Source: Candidatus Latescibacterota bacterium (GTDB lineage Bacteria; Latescibacterota; UBA2968; UBA8231). Taken from it: a stretch of 64,000 bases of DNA. Shown here piece after piece: positions 8,922 through 18,079 of the stretch (position 1 is the first letter of the stretch; every line of letters starts with the position of its first letter). Where the stretch lies: NCBI GenBank assembly GCA_965248355.1, contig OZ252098.1, positions 288,001 through 352,000 of the forward strand, given 5' to 3'. The notes beneath the pieces are model-generated. The model saw only the letters and a list, made by a program, of their open reading frames with translations, ran no database searches and was not told the origin of the DNA. The translations under genes and the position numbers were made by a program.

Positions 8922-11345
8922 TCAGCGGCCCGCCGCCGGAGGCAGCCCAGCCTTCCCGCGGCGGGCCGTTTTTCTTTGCCCCTCGCGCAGCTGCAGCAGC
9001 GCCGGCAGCAGGGTGACGGCGGAGAGGAAGCAGGACCCCAGACCCAGTAGCGTGACCGTGCCGACCCAGTAGAGGGCCGGGTGATGGGCGGGCACGAGGC
9101 CGGCGAAGCCGACCATGGTCGTCAGCGTCGTGGCCAGCAGGACCGTCCCCGTGGTGCGCAGCACCAGGCGCATCGATCCGGGGCCGGCCTCGCGGTAGCG
9201 GTGGAACATGTGCACGGCGTTGTCGATCCCCATGCCGATGATCGTGGGGAAGGCGACCATGTTGTAGATGTTGACCTTGAAGTCGAAGATGTACATCAAC
9301 CCCGTGACCCAGGCCAGCGCCGTGAGCAGGGGCGTGAGGACGAGGAGGGTGCCGGTGAGACTGCGCAGATCGACCAGCAGCACGAGGGTCACGGCGATCA
9401 GGGTCACGATCACGGCCTTGACGGCGTCGTCGAGCATCAGTTCCAGCATCTCGGCGAAGATGATGTGGGCGCTCGAGGGGTGGAAGGTGCCGCCGTCCGG
9501 CGTGCGGATCTCCTTGATCTGGCGGGCGAAGGCGATGGCGTTGCGCCCGTCGCGCAGGGGCACGGCGGCGTTGATCTGCACGAAGCTGAGGATCTCGCCC
9601 TCCTTGCCGGAGAAGCTCTTGGTCATCTCCCCGGGCAGGTCCTCCAGCCGCAGCCGCGAGACGTCCAGGTAGAGGCGCAGCGAGTCGGCGCGGGCCCGGT
9701 CGTCGTCCTCGAGCAGGCCCTCGTTCTCCTCCAGGGTCCGCCGCAGGCCGGCGAGGATGGCCAGCTTCTCCTCCTGGTCCGCCGGCAGCAGGGAGTAGAC
9801 GCTGCGCACCGAGCGGATGGTGGAGCTGTCCCCGAGGGCCGAGCGCCGCCGCTCCACCTCGGCCACCACGGCCATGGCCTGCGCCTCGTTCTCGGTGAGG
9901 ACGATGGCAGGGGCCCGGGTCTCCTTCAGCTCGTCGGGGAGGCTCGCCTTCGGCCCCCCGGAGGAGGTGTCCGGCCGCAGCTTCTTGAAGTCGTACTCGA
10001 ACCGCAGGTCGGAGAGGTGCAGGACCGAGTAGGCCGTGGCCACGACGGCCAGGAGGAGGGTGAGGTGAGGGACGGGGTACCGGCCGCGGCGCAGCAGGTG
10101 GTCCGGCACCTCCCTCTGGCCCAGGCGGATCAGCCCCAGTCTCTCGGCCAGGACGATGAAGGCCGGGCTGATGACGACCATGGCCACCAGGGAGAACAGG
10201 ATCCCGGCGCCGACGATGAAGCCGAACTCGCTGAACCCCTTGAAGTCGGAGAACAGGAGGGAGAAGAACGCCACGGCCGTGGTCACCGCCGTCGTGGTCA
10301 GGGCCCTTCCCGTCTGGCAGACCGTCTCCACGAGGGCGGCTTCGGTCTCCAGCCCCCGGCGGCGGGCCTCGCGGAAGCGCGCGAAGATGTGGATCCCGAA
10401 ATCGATCCCCAGGCCGAAGAGGATGGCGAAGAGGCAGACCGTGATCTGGTTGAGATTGCCGATCACCAGCCAGGTGAGGGCGAAGGTCCACGACAGGCCC
10501 ATGAGCAGGGGGACGACGATGAACAGCGGCGACAGGACCTGGCGGAAGTAGAGGGAGATGAGCACGAGGACGCCGAGGAAGGCGTAGAGCGCCGTCGAGC
10601 GCAGGTCCTGCAGGATCACCTCGTACTGGTTGAAGGCGTTGTTGAAGCTCCCCGAGAAGGCGACCTCCAGACCGGGGTGGAAGCTCCGGGGGTCGATCTC
10701 CTCGATGGTCGACCGGATGCCCGCCAGCAGGCGCCGGCTGAAGGTCATGTCGGTGATGACCCCGGAGGGGTAGACCCGCAGGATGACGCCGTTGCCCTCC
10801 TTGGTCAGGTAGTAGTCGCGGTCGAGGCCGGTGCGCCGGTCGGCGTAGCGGGCCTCCAGATCGTCCAGGTCGAGGGGGTCCTCCTCCTCCTCGAGGCCGA
10901 CGTAGAGGGGCGATCGATGCAGCTTCTCCAGCTCGACCTTGTCCTCCACCCGGCGCTGCAGCTCCCGCAGGTCGGCCAGGTCCATGTAGAGGAGCCGGTT
11001 GCGGCCGAGGAACTCGGTCTGGGCCATGCGCCCGCGCACGACGGAGCTCAGCATGGGACTGCGCTCGAGGGAGTCGGCCAGGACGTGCACGAAATCAACG
11101 CAGGCCGCCAGATCCTCGCCGGTGACGATGACCATGAGCGGCGCGATGCCGCCGACGCGCTCCTTGATGCGGTTCAGCTCGCGGACGCTCACGTAGTCGT
11201 CCGGCAGGAGGTCGGCCGAGTCCGCCTTGATCTTCAGGCGGACGGCCAGGGAAGCGGCGAGGGCGGAGACCACCAGGGAGACGAGGATGATCCCCAGGTG
11301 GTGGTGGAAGACGTAGTGGACTATGCGCTCGTAGCTGATGCGCAT
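8922..11345 (-). CDS. MMPL/RND family lipid transporter (HpnN-like)
   Basis: Two RND repeats with GLGIDFGIH and GMGIDNAVH TM4/TM10 motifs and two large periplasmic loops. Confidence 0.9.
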   Translation of the reverse strand: MRISYERIVHYVFHHHLGIILVSLVVSALAASLAVRLKIKADSADLLPDDYVSVRELNRIKERVGGIAPLMVIVTGEDLAACVDFVHVLADSLERSPMLSSVVRGRMAQTEFLGRNRLLYMDLADLRELQRRVEDKVELEKLHRSPLYVGLEEEEDPLDLDDLEARYADRRTGLDRDYYLTKEGNGVILRVYPSGVITDMTFSRRLLAGIRSTIEEIDPRSFHPGLEVAFSGSFNNAFNQYEVILQDLRSTALYAFLGVLVLISLYFRQVLSPLFIVVPLLMGLSWTFALTWLVIGNLNQITVCLFAILFGLGIDFGIHIFARFREARRRGLETEAALVETVCQTGRALTTTAVTTAVAFFSLLFSDFKGFSEFGFIVGAGILFSLVAMVVISPAFIVLAERLGLIRLGQREVPDHLLRRGRYPVPHLTLLLAVVATAYSVLHLSDLRFEYDFKKLRPDTSSGGPKASLPDELKETRAPAIVLTENEAQAMAVVAEVERRRSALGDSSTIRSVRSVYSLLPADQEEKLAILAGLRRTLEENEGLLEDDDRARADSLRLYLDVSRLRLEDLPGEMTKSFSGKEGEILSFVQINAAVPLRDGRNAIAFARQIKEIRTPDGGTFHPSSAHIIFAEMLELMLDDAVKAVIVTLIAVTLVLLVDLRSLTGTLLVLTPLLTALAWVTGLMYIFDFKVNIYNMVAFPTIIGMGIDNAVHMFHRYREAGPGSMRLVLRTTGTVLLATTLTTMVGFAGLVPAHHPALYWVGTVTLLGLGSCFLSAVTLLPALLQLREGQRKTARRGKAGLPPAAGR
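8925..8977 (+). terminator. Intrinsic terminator after tRNA-Gly
   Basis: CGGCCCGCCGC...GCGGCGGGCCG stem followed by TTTTTCTTT; overlaps the last codons of the convergent MMPL gene. Confidence 0.75.
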
Positions 11346-11366
11346 GCGGCGCCCGGCGGCCCCGGC

Positions 11367-11984
11367 TCAGCCCTGCCCTTCGAGCCGGTCCAGCTTCCGG
11401 CGCAGGGCGTCGAGGAGCTCGGGGTACGAGCGGCGGCCGATGTAGCGGGTGTAGCTGCGGCGGTTGGCCTCCGCCGTGCCGGCGCCGTCCACGGCGAGAT
11501 CGTAGATGCGCCAGGCGCCCTCGCCGCCGGCCGGCCCCGGCCGGTGGAGGAAGTAGGCGATCTGCTTGGTCTCCTGTTTCAGCGGCACCTCGGCGCGCAC
11601 CACCGCCCGGCCCTCCTCGTCGAGCTCCTCGGAGGTGTAGGTGATCCGGCCCTCCCGGTGGTAGCGCACGAAGAGGTCGAAGTTCTGCCTCTCGATGATG
11701 CCGCGGAAGATCCCCACGAACTCGTCGCGCTCCTCGCCGGTGCGTTCCTGCCAGTGGTCTCCCAGGGACAGGCGCGCCAGCTCCCGGAAGTCGAAGGCCT
11801 CGTTGATCAGGGCCTGCACCCGGCTCCGGTTCTCGCTGGACAGGCTGTCCGGGTGGGCGAGCACGATCGCGCGCACGCGCTCGTCGTGGTCCTGGAGGAA
11901 GTCGGTGGCCGTGCCGGCGGGCGCCGACTCGGCGAGCAGGCCGAGGGGGAGCTGGCCGATGAGCAGGCAGAGGGCGGTCTTCAT
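11367..11984 (-). CDS. MlaC/Ttg2D (HpnM-like) periplasmic lipid-binding protein
   Basis: Signal peptide; FDFRELARLSLGDHW...ERDEFVGIF...WRIYDLAVDG....NRRSY pattern. Confidence 0.85.
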   Translation of the reverse strand: MKTALCLLIGQLPLGLLAESAPAGTATDFLQDHDERVRAIVLAHPDSLSSENRSRVQALINEAFDFRELARLSLGDHWQERTGEERDEFVGIFRGIIERQNFDLFVRYHREGRITYTSEELDEEGRAVVRAEVPLKQETKQIAYFLHRPGPAGGEGAWRIYDLAVDGAGTAEANRRSYTRYIGRRSYPELLDALRRKLDRLEGQG

Positions 11985-13255
11985 GGCGTGATCCCCTGGG
12001 AGGTGGAGCCGGTGAGGATGCCGGGCTCCCGGAAGCCGCCGCAGTGGTCGACGACGCGGCCCTGCTCCCAGGCCTCGCGCGTCCAGGCGCGCAGGTCGGC
12101 GTAGCAGGCCTCGGCGCGGGTCCCGGTGTTGTTGGCGTCGGTCAGCAGGCCGAGCCCCTGGGTCCGGTTCTTCGGGCGGCCGCCGTAGGTGCGCTCGTAG
12201 TCGCGCTCGAGGTCGACGGCCTCGAAGGTCCACCGGCCCAGGTTCTCCTCACCGCTCTCGGCGACGATGAACCAGGGGCGGAAGATGCGGTTTCGCCGCC
12301 CCACGGTACCGAGGGGCAGGGTGGTGCTCCACACGTACTTGACGTGCCGGGGGGCGCCCAGCCAGGTCTGCGAGAAGAACACGTACAGGCCCGCGGCGCT
12401 GTCGTTCGCGGGCCCCAAGCGCTCGTCGCCGCCGGTTGGCAGCACGTCGGCCCGCCAGCACCACGTCAGGATCGGAAACTCCCGCGGGTTCCACTGGGCG
12501 AGGCGTCCGATGAGGACCGAGGCCTCCGAGACCCGGGCCTCGAGGAAGGATCCCCGGTCGTGCCGGCGCACCTGGTAGGGCTTGGCCGCTTCCTCGTCGC
12601 GGTCCCGCCAGCCCCAGCCCGGAGGCAGGTCGCCCGGCTCCGAGAAGGAGAAGTCCTCGAGGACGATGTACTCGCGGCCGGCGAGCCGGGCCTCGAGGAC
12701 GGCGGGGGAGTCGCGGCGGTCCAGGACGTCCTCGTACCGCCCCCGGTAGATCCGGCTCAGGCGGCGGTCCTGGAGGCGCAGGTCCCGCAGGCGCCAGCCG
12801 TCCTCGGTGCGCCGCAGGTGGCAGAGGATCGGCCCTCCCCCCGGGAGAGCCACCTCGGCGCGGCCGCTGCCGCCGTCGAAGTGGGAGGCCAGGACCTCCA
12901 GGCCCGGTGGCCCGCCGGACAGCCGGGGCGCCAGATCGGCGGCCAGCCGCTGCCGCAACGCCGTCCGGAGGCGCGCGCGGTGCGCCTCGACATGGGCCCG
13001 GAACCCGGCGCGGGTCATGTGGTCCTCGACCTCGGCCAGGCTGTCCTCCACGTAGTCGCCGAAGCAGAGCTCGGCGAAGGCGGGCAGGTCGACGGCGCGG
13101 TCGACGAAGGCGGCCGCCGTCACCTCGGGGGAGCCCCGGCGCCCCGCGTTGAGGCGGTCCACCTCGGCCGCCAGCCACGCCTCGGGCCCGGCCGCCTCGG
13201 CGGCGGCGGCACCGGCCAGCCAGACCAGGCCCGCGGCGATTCCCCGGGCCTTCAA
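11981..13255 (-). CDS. Exported MlaC-like + DUF3047 fusion protein
   Basis: TTG start overlaps the TolC stop (TTGA). N-half VDLPAFAELCFGDY...GWRLRDLRL...YRGRY is MlaC-like; C-half PILTWCWR..LP.GGDE...DSAAGLYVFF..KYVWS...LLTDANNT is DUF3047-like. Confidence 0.7.
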   Translation of the reverse strand: MKARGIAAGLVWLAGAAAAEAAGPEAWLAAEVDRLNAGRRGSPEVTAAAFVDRAVDLPAFAELCFGDYVEDSLAEVEDHMTRAGFRAHVEAHRARLRTALRQRLAADLAPRLSGGPPGLEVLASHFDGGSGRAEVALPGGGPILCHLRRTEDGWRLRDLRLQDRRLSRIYRGRYEDVLDRRDSPAVLEARLAGREYIVLEDFSFSEPGDLPPGWGWRDRDEEAAKPYQVRRHDRGSFLEARVSEASVLIGRLAQWNPREFPILTWCWRADVLPTGGDERLGPANDSAAGLYVFFSQTWLGAPRHVKYVWSTTLPLGTVGRRNRIFRPWFIVAESGEENLGRWTFEAVDLERDYERTYGGRPKNRTQGLGLLTDANNTGTRAEACYADLRAWTREAWEQGRVVDHCGGFREPGILTGSTSQGITP

Positions 13256-14616
13256 TCCGGGTTCTCCGGGCGGAGAGAGGTGCCCGCCACGCGCTCGAGC
13301 GCGGCCAGCGTGAGGTTGGTCTCGTACACGGCTTCGAGGTAGGCCTGCTCGGAGAGGGCAAAGGTCTCGAAGGCGCTCACCAGATCCTTGATCCGGGCCG
13401 GATCGAGATCGTACTCGTCGCGGGCGATGCGCAGCCATTCCCGCGTCAGATTGCGGCCGCGCAGGGCCGAGCTCAGCCCCCGGCGGGCGCCTTCGTACTC
13501 CTTCCGGGCCTGATCGATCTCCAGGCGGATGCCCTGGGCGCCGCTGCGCTCCCGGGCCTCGAGCTGGAGGCGCCGCGCCCGGGCCCGGTCCACCTCGGCG
13601 CCGATCAGTCCGATCTCGAAGGACTGGCGCAGCCCCAGCACGATGGCTCCGCTGAACAGGTTGAACTCGTCCTTGACGAAGGGGTTGTGCTGATCCGTCC
13701 GTCCCGGCGCCGCGGCGTGGCGCAGGCCCCCGGCGAGGAAGACCTGGGGATACCAGGCGCTGCGCGCGGCCTGCTCCTGGGCGCGGCGGGCGGCCACGCC
13801 GGCGCGCAGACGGCGCCAGTCCGGCCGGTGCCGCAGCGCCCGGCGCACCAGTTCCTCGAGGGGGGGGACCTCGGCGGCCTTCGGTTCGAGCCGGGCGTCG
13901 GCCAGCTCGAAGGGCGCGTTCTCCGGGAGTCCGGCCTTCCAGGCCAGGGCGGACCGGGCGAGCTGGAGCTGGTCCTCGAGCTGGCCTTCGCGGTCCCGGA
14001 GCTCCAGCAGGGCCAGCTGCAGGCGGTAGGGGACGCCCAGGGGGATGTCGGGGTCATCGGGGTCCACCTCCCCTTCCCGCTCCTCGAGCTCCTGCCGCAG
14101 ACGCCGGGCGAGGGACGACAGGTCCCGGGCCAGGAGCATCCCGTAGTAGAGCTCCCTGATCTCGAATACGAGCCCCTGGCGCGTCTCCTCGAGGGCGGCC
14201 CTCTCGACCTCGACAGCCTGCTCGGCCGCGGTCCGCAGGCTGGAGAGCCGGCCGAAGGTGTACAGGGGCTGGGTGAACTCGAGCTCGGTGCGCACGAAGG
14301 GGCCCAGGGGGCGCACGCCGGAGGTGTCTTCCGGAGGATGGAAGATGTCCCCCCGGGCGTCCGGCACCATGCCGCCGAAGCTCTCGAGCCGGAGGCGTGG
14401 CAGCAGGCGGGCGGCGCGGGCCTGGCGCAGCTGGGCGCGGGCGTCCTGCAGGCGCCAGCGGGTCGTGGCCACCTCGGGGCCGTTCTCCCGGGCCATGGCC
14501 ACCAGCTGGTCGAGGCCATAGACGGGGATGCCTTCCGACCCGGCGGTCCGGGGGCGGGCCGGCTGCGGAAGCAGGAAGAGGCTGCCCACGACGGCCAGGC
14601 ACAGGGTCCGCGTCAT
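13252..14616 (-). CDS. TolC family outer membrane efflux protein
   Basis: Signal peptide; QPLYTFG, ARSAWYPQV and terminal LAALERVAG OEP-repeat motifs. Confidence 0.88.
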   Translation of the reverse strand: MTRTLCLAVVGSLFLLPQPARPRTAGSEGIPVYGLDQLVAMARENGPEVATTRWRLQDARAQLRQARAARLLPRLRLESFGGMVPDARGDIFHPPEDTSGVRPLGPFVRTELEFTQPLYTFGRLSSLRTAAEQAVEVERAALEETRQGLVFEIRELYYGMLLARDLSSLARRLRQELEEREGEVDPDDPDIPLGVPYRLQLALLELRDREGQLEDQLQLARSALAWKAGLPENAPFELADARLEPKAAEVPPLEELVRRALRHRPDWRRLRAGVAARRAQEQAARSAWYPQVFLAGGLRHAAAPGRTDQHNPFVKDEFNLFSGAIVLGLRQSFEIGLIGAEVDRARARRLQLEARERSGAQGIRLEIDQARKEYEGARRGLSSALRGRNLTREWLRIARDEYDLDPARIKDLVSAFETFALSEQAYLEAVYETNLTLAALERVAGTSLRPENPD

Positions 14617-14618
14617 GC

Positions 14619-15680
14619 TCAACGGAAGGCGCTCTGGTGAAGGGGCCGCTCCTCGGCCGGCCCGGCCGAGGCCGGTGCCGGTTCGCTCCCGAGGCCCGCG
14701 GTGCGGCCCAGGGAGCGGCTCAGGTGGGTGAGGAACATCCAGCCCACCGAGATCCACAGGAGCTTGCGCATGCGCTTGACGATGCCGAGGGACAGACCCA
14801 TGGCCGGGTCGAGTCCAAGGGTGAGGAACAGGAAGACCTGACCTCCTTCGAGGACGCCGATGTTGGAGGGCATGAAGAAGAACAGGCCGTTGATGGCCAC
14901 CGTCAGGGAGGCGATGAGAAAGGCGATCTCGAAGTCGATGCCGGCGCCGAGGGCGCGGAGGATGACGAAGGTCTCGCAGGCGCCCAGGAGCCACCCGCAC
15001 GCGTGGAACAGCAGGACGAGGCCGAAGCGCCCCTTGTGCCGCCGGAAGAAGCGGGAGATGTGGCGATCGATATCCGCCGCCCGGGCCCGGAGGCGCTCGA
15101 TCACCTCGAGACCGAGTCCACAGCGGCGGGCGAAGCCCAGGAGCGAGGAGAAGATGCGCCGCTGCCTGCGGTAGGCCACCCAGAGCAGGAGAACGGCGAG
15201 GGCGAGGAGCAGGGCCATGCCGCCGCGGACCGTGGCGGGCAGGGCCAGGGGCAGCTCCCAGTAGAGGATGACCAGGCCCAGCCCGACCGCGGTGAAGGAC
15301 AGTCCGGTGAAGACCTGGGCCGCCTTGTTGACGACCACCGAGGCCAACCCCCGCGAGATCGGCGACTGGTGGCGCAGCAGGAAGGCCTTGAGGGGCTCGC
15401 CGCCGAGGTTGGCCAGGGGCGTCAGCTGGTTGACGGCCTCGCCCGCGAGCTTGCACATGAACAGGGACGACAGGCGCGGGCGAAAGCCGTCGGCGGGAAA
15501 GGCGAAGCTCCAGGCCACCGAGTTGGTCACGTGCCACGCGAAGGCCAGCAGGACCACCAGCAGGAAGGTCCACCGCATCACCGCCAGGTTGTGGAGGATG
15601 TCCGCCAGACCGAGGGTGCCGATGAGGTAGCCGAGGAGCAGCAGCCCCAGGCCCGGCAGCAGAACGCGGAAGACCTTCAC
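14619..15680 (-). CDS. Lysylphosphatidylglycerol-synthase TM domain / UPF0104 flippase-like protein
   Basis: AGEAVNQLTPLANLGGEPLKAFLL and PSNIGVLEGG motifs, multiple TM helices; GTG start overlaps the upstream stop. Confidence 0.85.
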   Translation of the reverse strand: MKVFRVLLPGLGLLLLGYLIGTLGLADILHNLAVMRWTFLLVVLLAFAWHVTNSVAWSFAFPADGFRPRLSSLFMCKLAGEAVNQLTPLANLGGEPLKAFLLRHQSPISRGLASVVVNKAAQVFTGLSFTAVGLGLVILYWELPLALPATVRGGMALLLALAVLLLWVAYRRQRRIFSSLLGFARRCGLGLEVIERLRARAADIDRHISRFFRRHKGRFGLVLLFHACGWLLGACETFVILRALGAGIDFEIAFLIASLTVAINGLFFFMPSNIGVLEGGQVFLFLTLGLDPAMGLSLGIVKRMRKLLWISVGWMFLTHLSRSLGRTAGLGSEPAPASAGPAEERPLHQSAFR

Positions 15681-17071
15681 CGGCTGGCGATCCCTCCGGG
15701 CCCCGGGGCCGTCCCAGGGTCGGAAGCGGGCGGGGCCCCCTCGGCCCCGCGCTGGTGGGCGGCCAGCATCTTGCCCTGGGACAACAGGACGCCGAGGGCG
15801 ACCACGTGCAGGCCGCCCACGGTGAACAGGTAGATCAGGTCGAAGGCCCCGAGGAGGGCGAAGAGGAAGTGCACGAAGGAGAAGGAGTCGCGCTTGGCCA
15901 GGAAGGCGTAGCGCTCGAGGGCGCGGTAGAGGGCGCCCTTCTCCGCGTGGGGCACGTGGCGGGCGAAGCCGACGATGTAGTTCTGCAGCGACCCCGACCC
16001 GGTGCGCACCGCGTAGTGGTACATGATCCCCAGGGTGAGGAGCATGGCGGCCACCGCGGACAGGCCGGCGTAGAGGTAGAGGGGCTGTCCGGGGTGCAGC
16101 CCGTGGGCCGCCTTCAGGAAGGCGGCGTAGGCGATCACGTAGGCCAGATTGTCGGTCACCGTGTCGAACCAGGCGCCGAACTTCGACTCGCACAGCTTGA
16201 CCCGGGCGATCTCCCCGTCGCAGCGGTCGAGGACGGCCGCCATCTGCCAGAGGAACCCCGCCAGGGCCAGGCGCCAGTACGGTTCCGGGTGCGAGATCAG
16301 CCAGGCGGCGCCCAGGCCGGTGGTCAGCACGAACAGGATCGTCACCAGGTGCGGCGACAGGCCGGTCTCGATGAGCACCATGCTGATGGGGATCGAGAGA
16401 CGGGAGTTGATGTGGCGGGAGACGGGGCCGCTCGTCTTCTTGGTGACCTGTCCGAAGAGCATGGCCTTGGCCTGTCGGGCGCTGCGGCGGTCCACGACGC
16501 GGCGCCACAGGGACGGGTCGCCCTCGGCGGTCCGCACCCGGCGGCCGGCGGCGCGGGCGCAGAGCGACTCGAGGACGGGGCCGCCGCCGGCGACGACCTC
16601 GTGCGGGCGAATGGCCCCGTCGCACAACAGCGCCCCCGTGCCGACCGGCGGCCGGGCGCCGCCGGGCCGCAGAACCCCGGTGAGGGCGAGAAAGGAGAGC
16701 CGCCCCTGGTCTGGCGGCGGCGAGACCTGGGCCACCAGCCCGTCGCCGGGAACCCCGCCATCGACCAGGGCCGTGAGCGAGGTGTGGTGATGGACGTGGT
16801 CCCCGAGGAGGACCAGCACCCGTTCGCCGGCGCCGAAGGTGGTGCGCGGCGAATCCCCCCACGCCACGATCTCGATATCGAGATCGTGGCGGCGGACGAG
16901 GCGCCCGGGAGAGGGGGAGAGCCCCCCGGGGACGGCCACCACGAGGCGGCCCACGCCGGCGCGGGCCATGGTGAGGATCCCGCGGTCGAGGGTCGTGAGG
17001 CCGCCGAAACGGCGCCCGGCGATCCAGGCGCCCCGGGGGCTGTCCTCGAACACCAGCAGGCCGCCGGTCAT
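15677..17071 (-). CDS. CDP-alcohol phosphotransferase with degenerate N-terminal NTP-transferase-like domain (IPCT/DIPPS-like)
   Basis: DRCDGEIAR...GAWFDTVTD signature and GPVSRHINSRLSIPIS segment; the N-domain lacks the LAAG.G.R motif. Confidence 0.85.
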   Translation of the reverse strand: MTGGLLVFEDSPRGAWIAGRRFGGLTTLDRGILTMARAGVGRLVVAVPGGLSPSPGRLVRRHDLDIEIVAWGDSPRTTFGAGERVLVLLGDHVHHHTSLTALVDGGVPGDGLVAQVSPPPDQGRLSFLALTGVLRPGGARPPVGTGALLCDGAIRPHEVVAGGGPVLESLCARAAGRRVRTAEGDPSLWRRVVDRRSARQAKAMLFGQVTKKTSGPVSRHINSRLSIPISMVLIETGLSPHLVTILFVLTTGLGAAWLISHPEPYWRLALAGFLWQMAAVLDRCDGEIARVKLCESKFGAWFDTVTDNLAYVIAYAAFLKAAHGLHPGQPLYLYAGLSAVAAMLLTLGIMYHYAVRTGSGSLQNYIVGFARHVPHAEKGALYRALERYAFLAKRDSFSFVHFLFALLGAFDLIYLFTVGGLHVVALGVLLSQGKMLAAHQRGAEGAPPASDPGTAPGPGGIASR

Positions 17072-17832
17072 GCGGGCTCTCGCAGCGATGGGGTCGCCAG
17101 GGCGCCGGCCTCGTACTCCTCGACGCGAAGGCGCACATCGAGCAGATCCTCGGCCGTGTCGATGTCCGAACAGGGCAGGTCGCCGATGTCGAGGCAGCGG
17201 ACGGGGCAACCGGCCTCAGCCATCCGCCGGACGCCGTCCAGATAGAAGCCGTGCAGGGCCTCCTCTTCCTCCACCGCCTCCTCGAGGACGCGGCGCAGCA
17301 GACGACTGCCGTCGCCGGTGACCCGCATGATGCCGACCGACTCGGCCTGCGCCCGGGCGGGATGGAGACCCTTGCCGATCCTGGCGAGGCGCCCGCCCTG
17401 GATCTCCACCTTCATGTCGTCCTCGTCGTAGGCGGCCTTGCGGTGCACCAGCAGGGTGCAGGGCCCGGGCTCCCCGTCGAGCAGAGGTCGCAGGACCTGG
17501 GGGTGGAAGACGTTGTCGCCGTTGAGCACGAGCAGGTCGTCGCCGATCTCGGAGCGCGCCGACCACAGGCTGATGAGGTTGTCGGAGATGGCGAAGAAGG
17601 GATTGTAGACGACGCGGACGGCCACGGGGGCCGAGGCTTCCACCTGGCGCCGCACCGCCTCGGCGCCGAAACCGGCGACGATGGTCACGCCTTCCACGCC
17701 CGCTGCGGCGAGGCGCTCCAACTGGTGCTCGAGAATCGTGCGCGGACCCACCGGCAACAGGCACTTGGGGCGCTCCGATGTGTACGGCAGGAGGCGGCGG
17801 CCACGGCCGGCGGCCAGGATCAGTGCGTTCAA
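17068..17832 (-). CDS. Phosphocholine/sugar-phosphate cytidylyltransferase family NTP-transferase
   Basis: ALILAAGRGRRL...PKCLL, NGD, EDDMKV, ESVG, DIDT..DL; probable TTG start at 17832. Confidence 0.88.
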   Translation of the reverse strand: MNALILAAGRGRRLLPYTSERPKCLLPVGPRTILEHQLERLAAAGVEGVTIVAGFGAEAVRRQVEASAPVAVRVVYNPFFAISDNLISLWSARSEIGDDLLVLNGDNVFHPQVLRPLLDGEPGPCTLLVHRKAAYDEDDMKVEIQGGRLARIGKGLHPARAQAESVGIMRVTGDGSRLLRRVLEEAVEEEEALHGFYLDGVRRMAEAGCPVRCLDIGDLPCSDIDTAEDLLDVRLRVEEYEAGALATPSLREPA

Positions 17833-18079
17833 CGGTATCGGCGTGCGGGGCGAAGGGAGACGTCGGGGCGCCTGCCCACGGACGAAGGCAGAGCGCCTCC
17901 GGTGAGTGCGCGCCCTCGGAGGCGGCGGGAACCCCGGTTCGGGGGCCGGATCAGCTTGGTGAAAAGTAGCCATAAACCTCGGTCCGCGGCAACGATATGG
18001 GGTCATTCCCTCCGCCGTATATTGACGTTTCGGCACCGGGCCGTATCCCGGACCCCTTCTCCGGCACGGAGGTTCCCGA

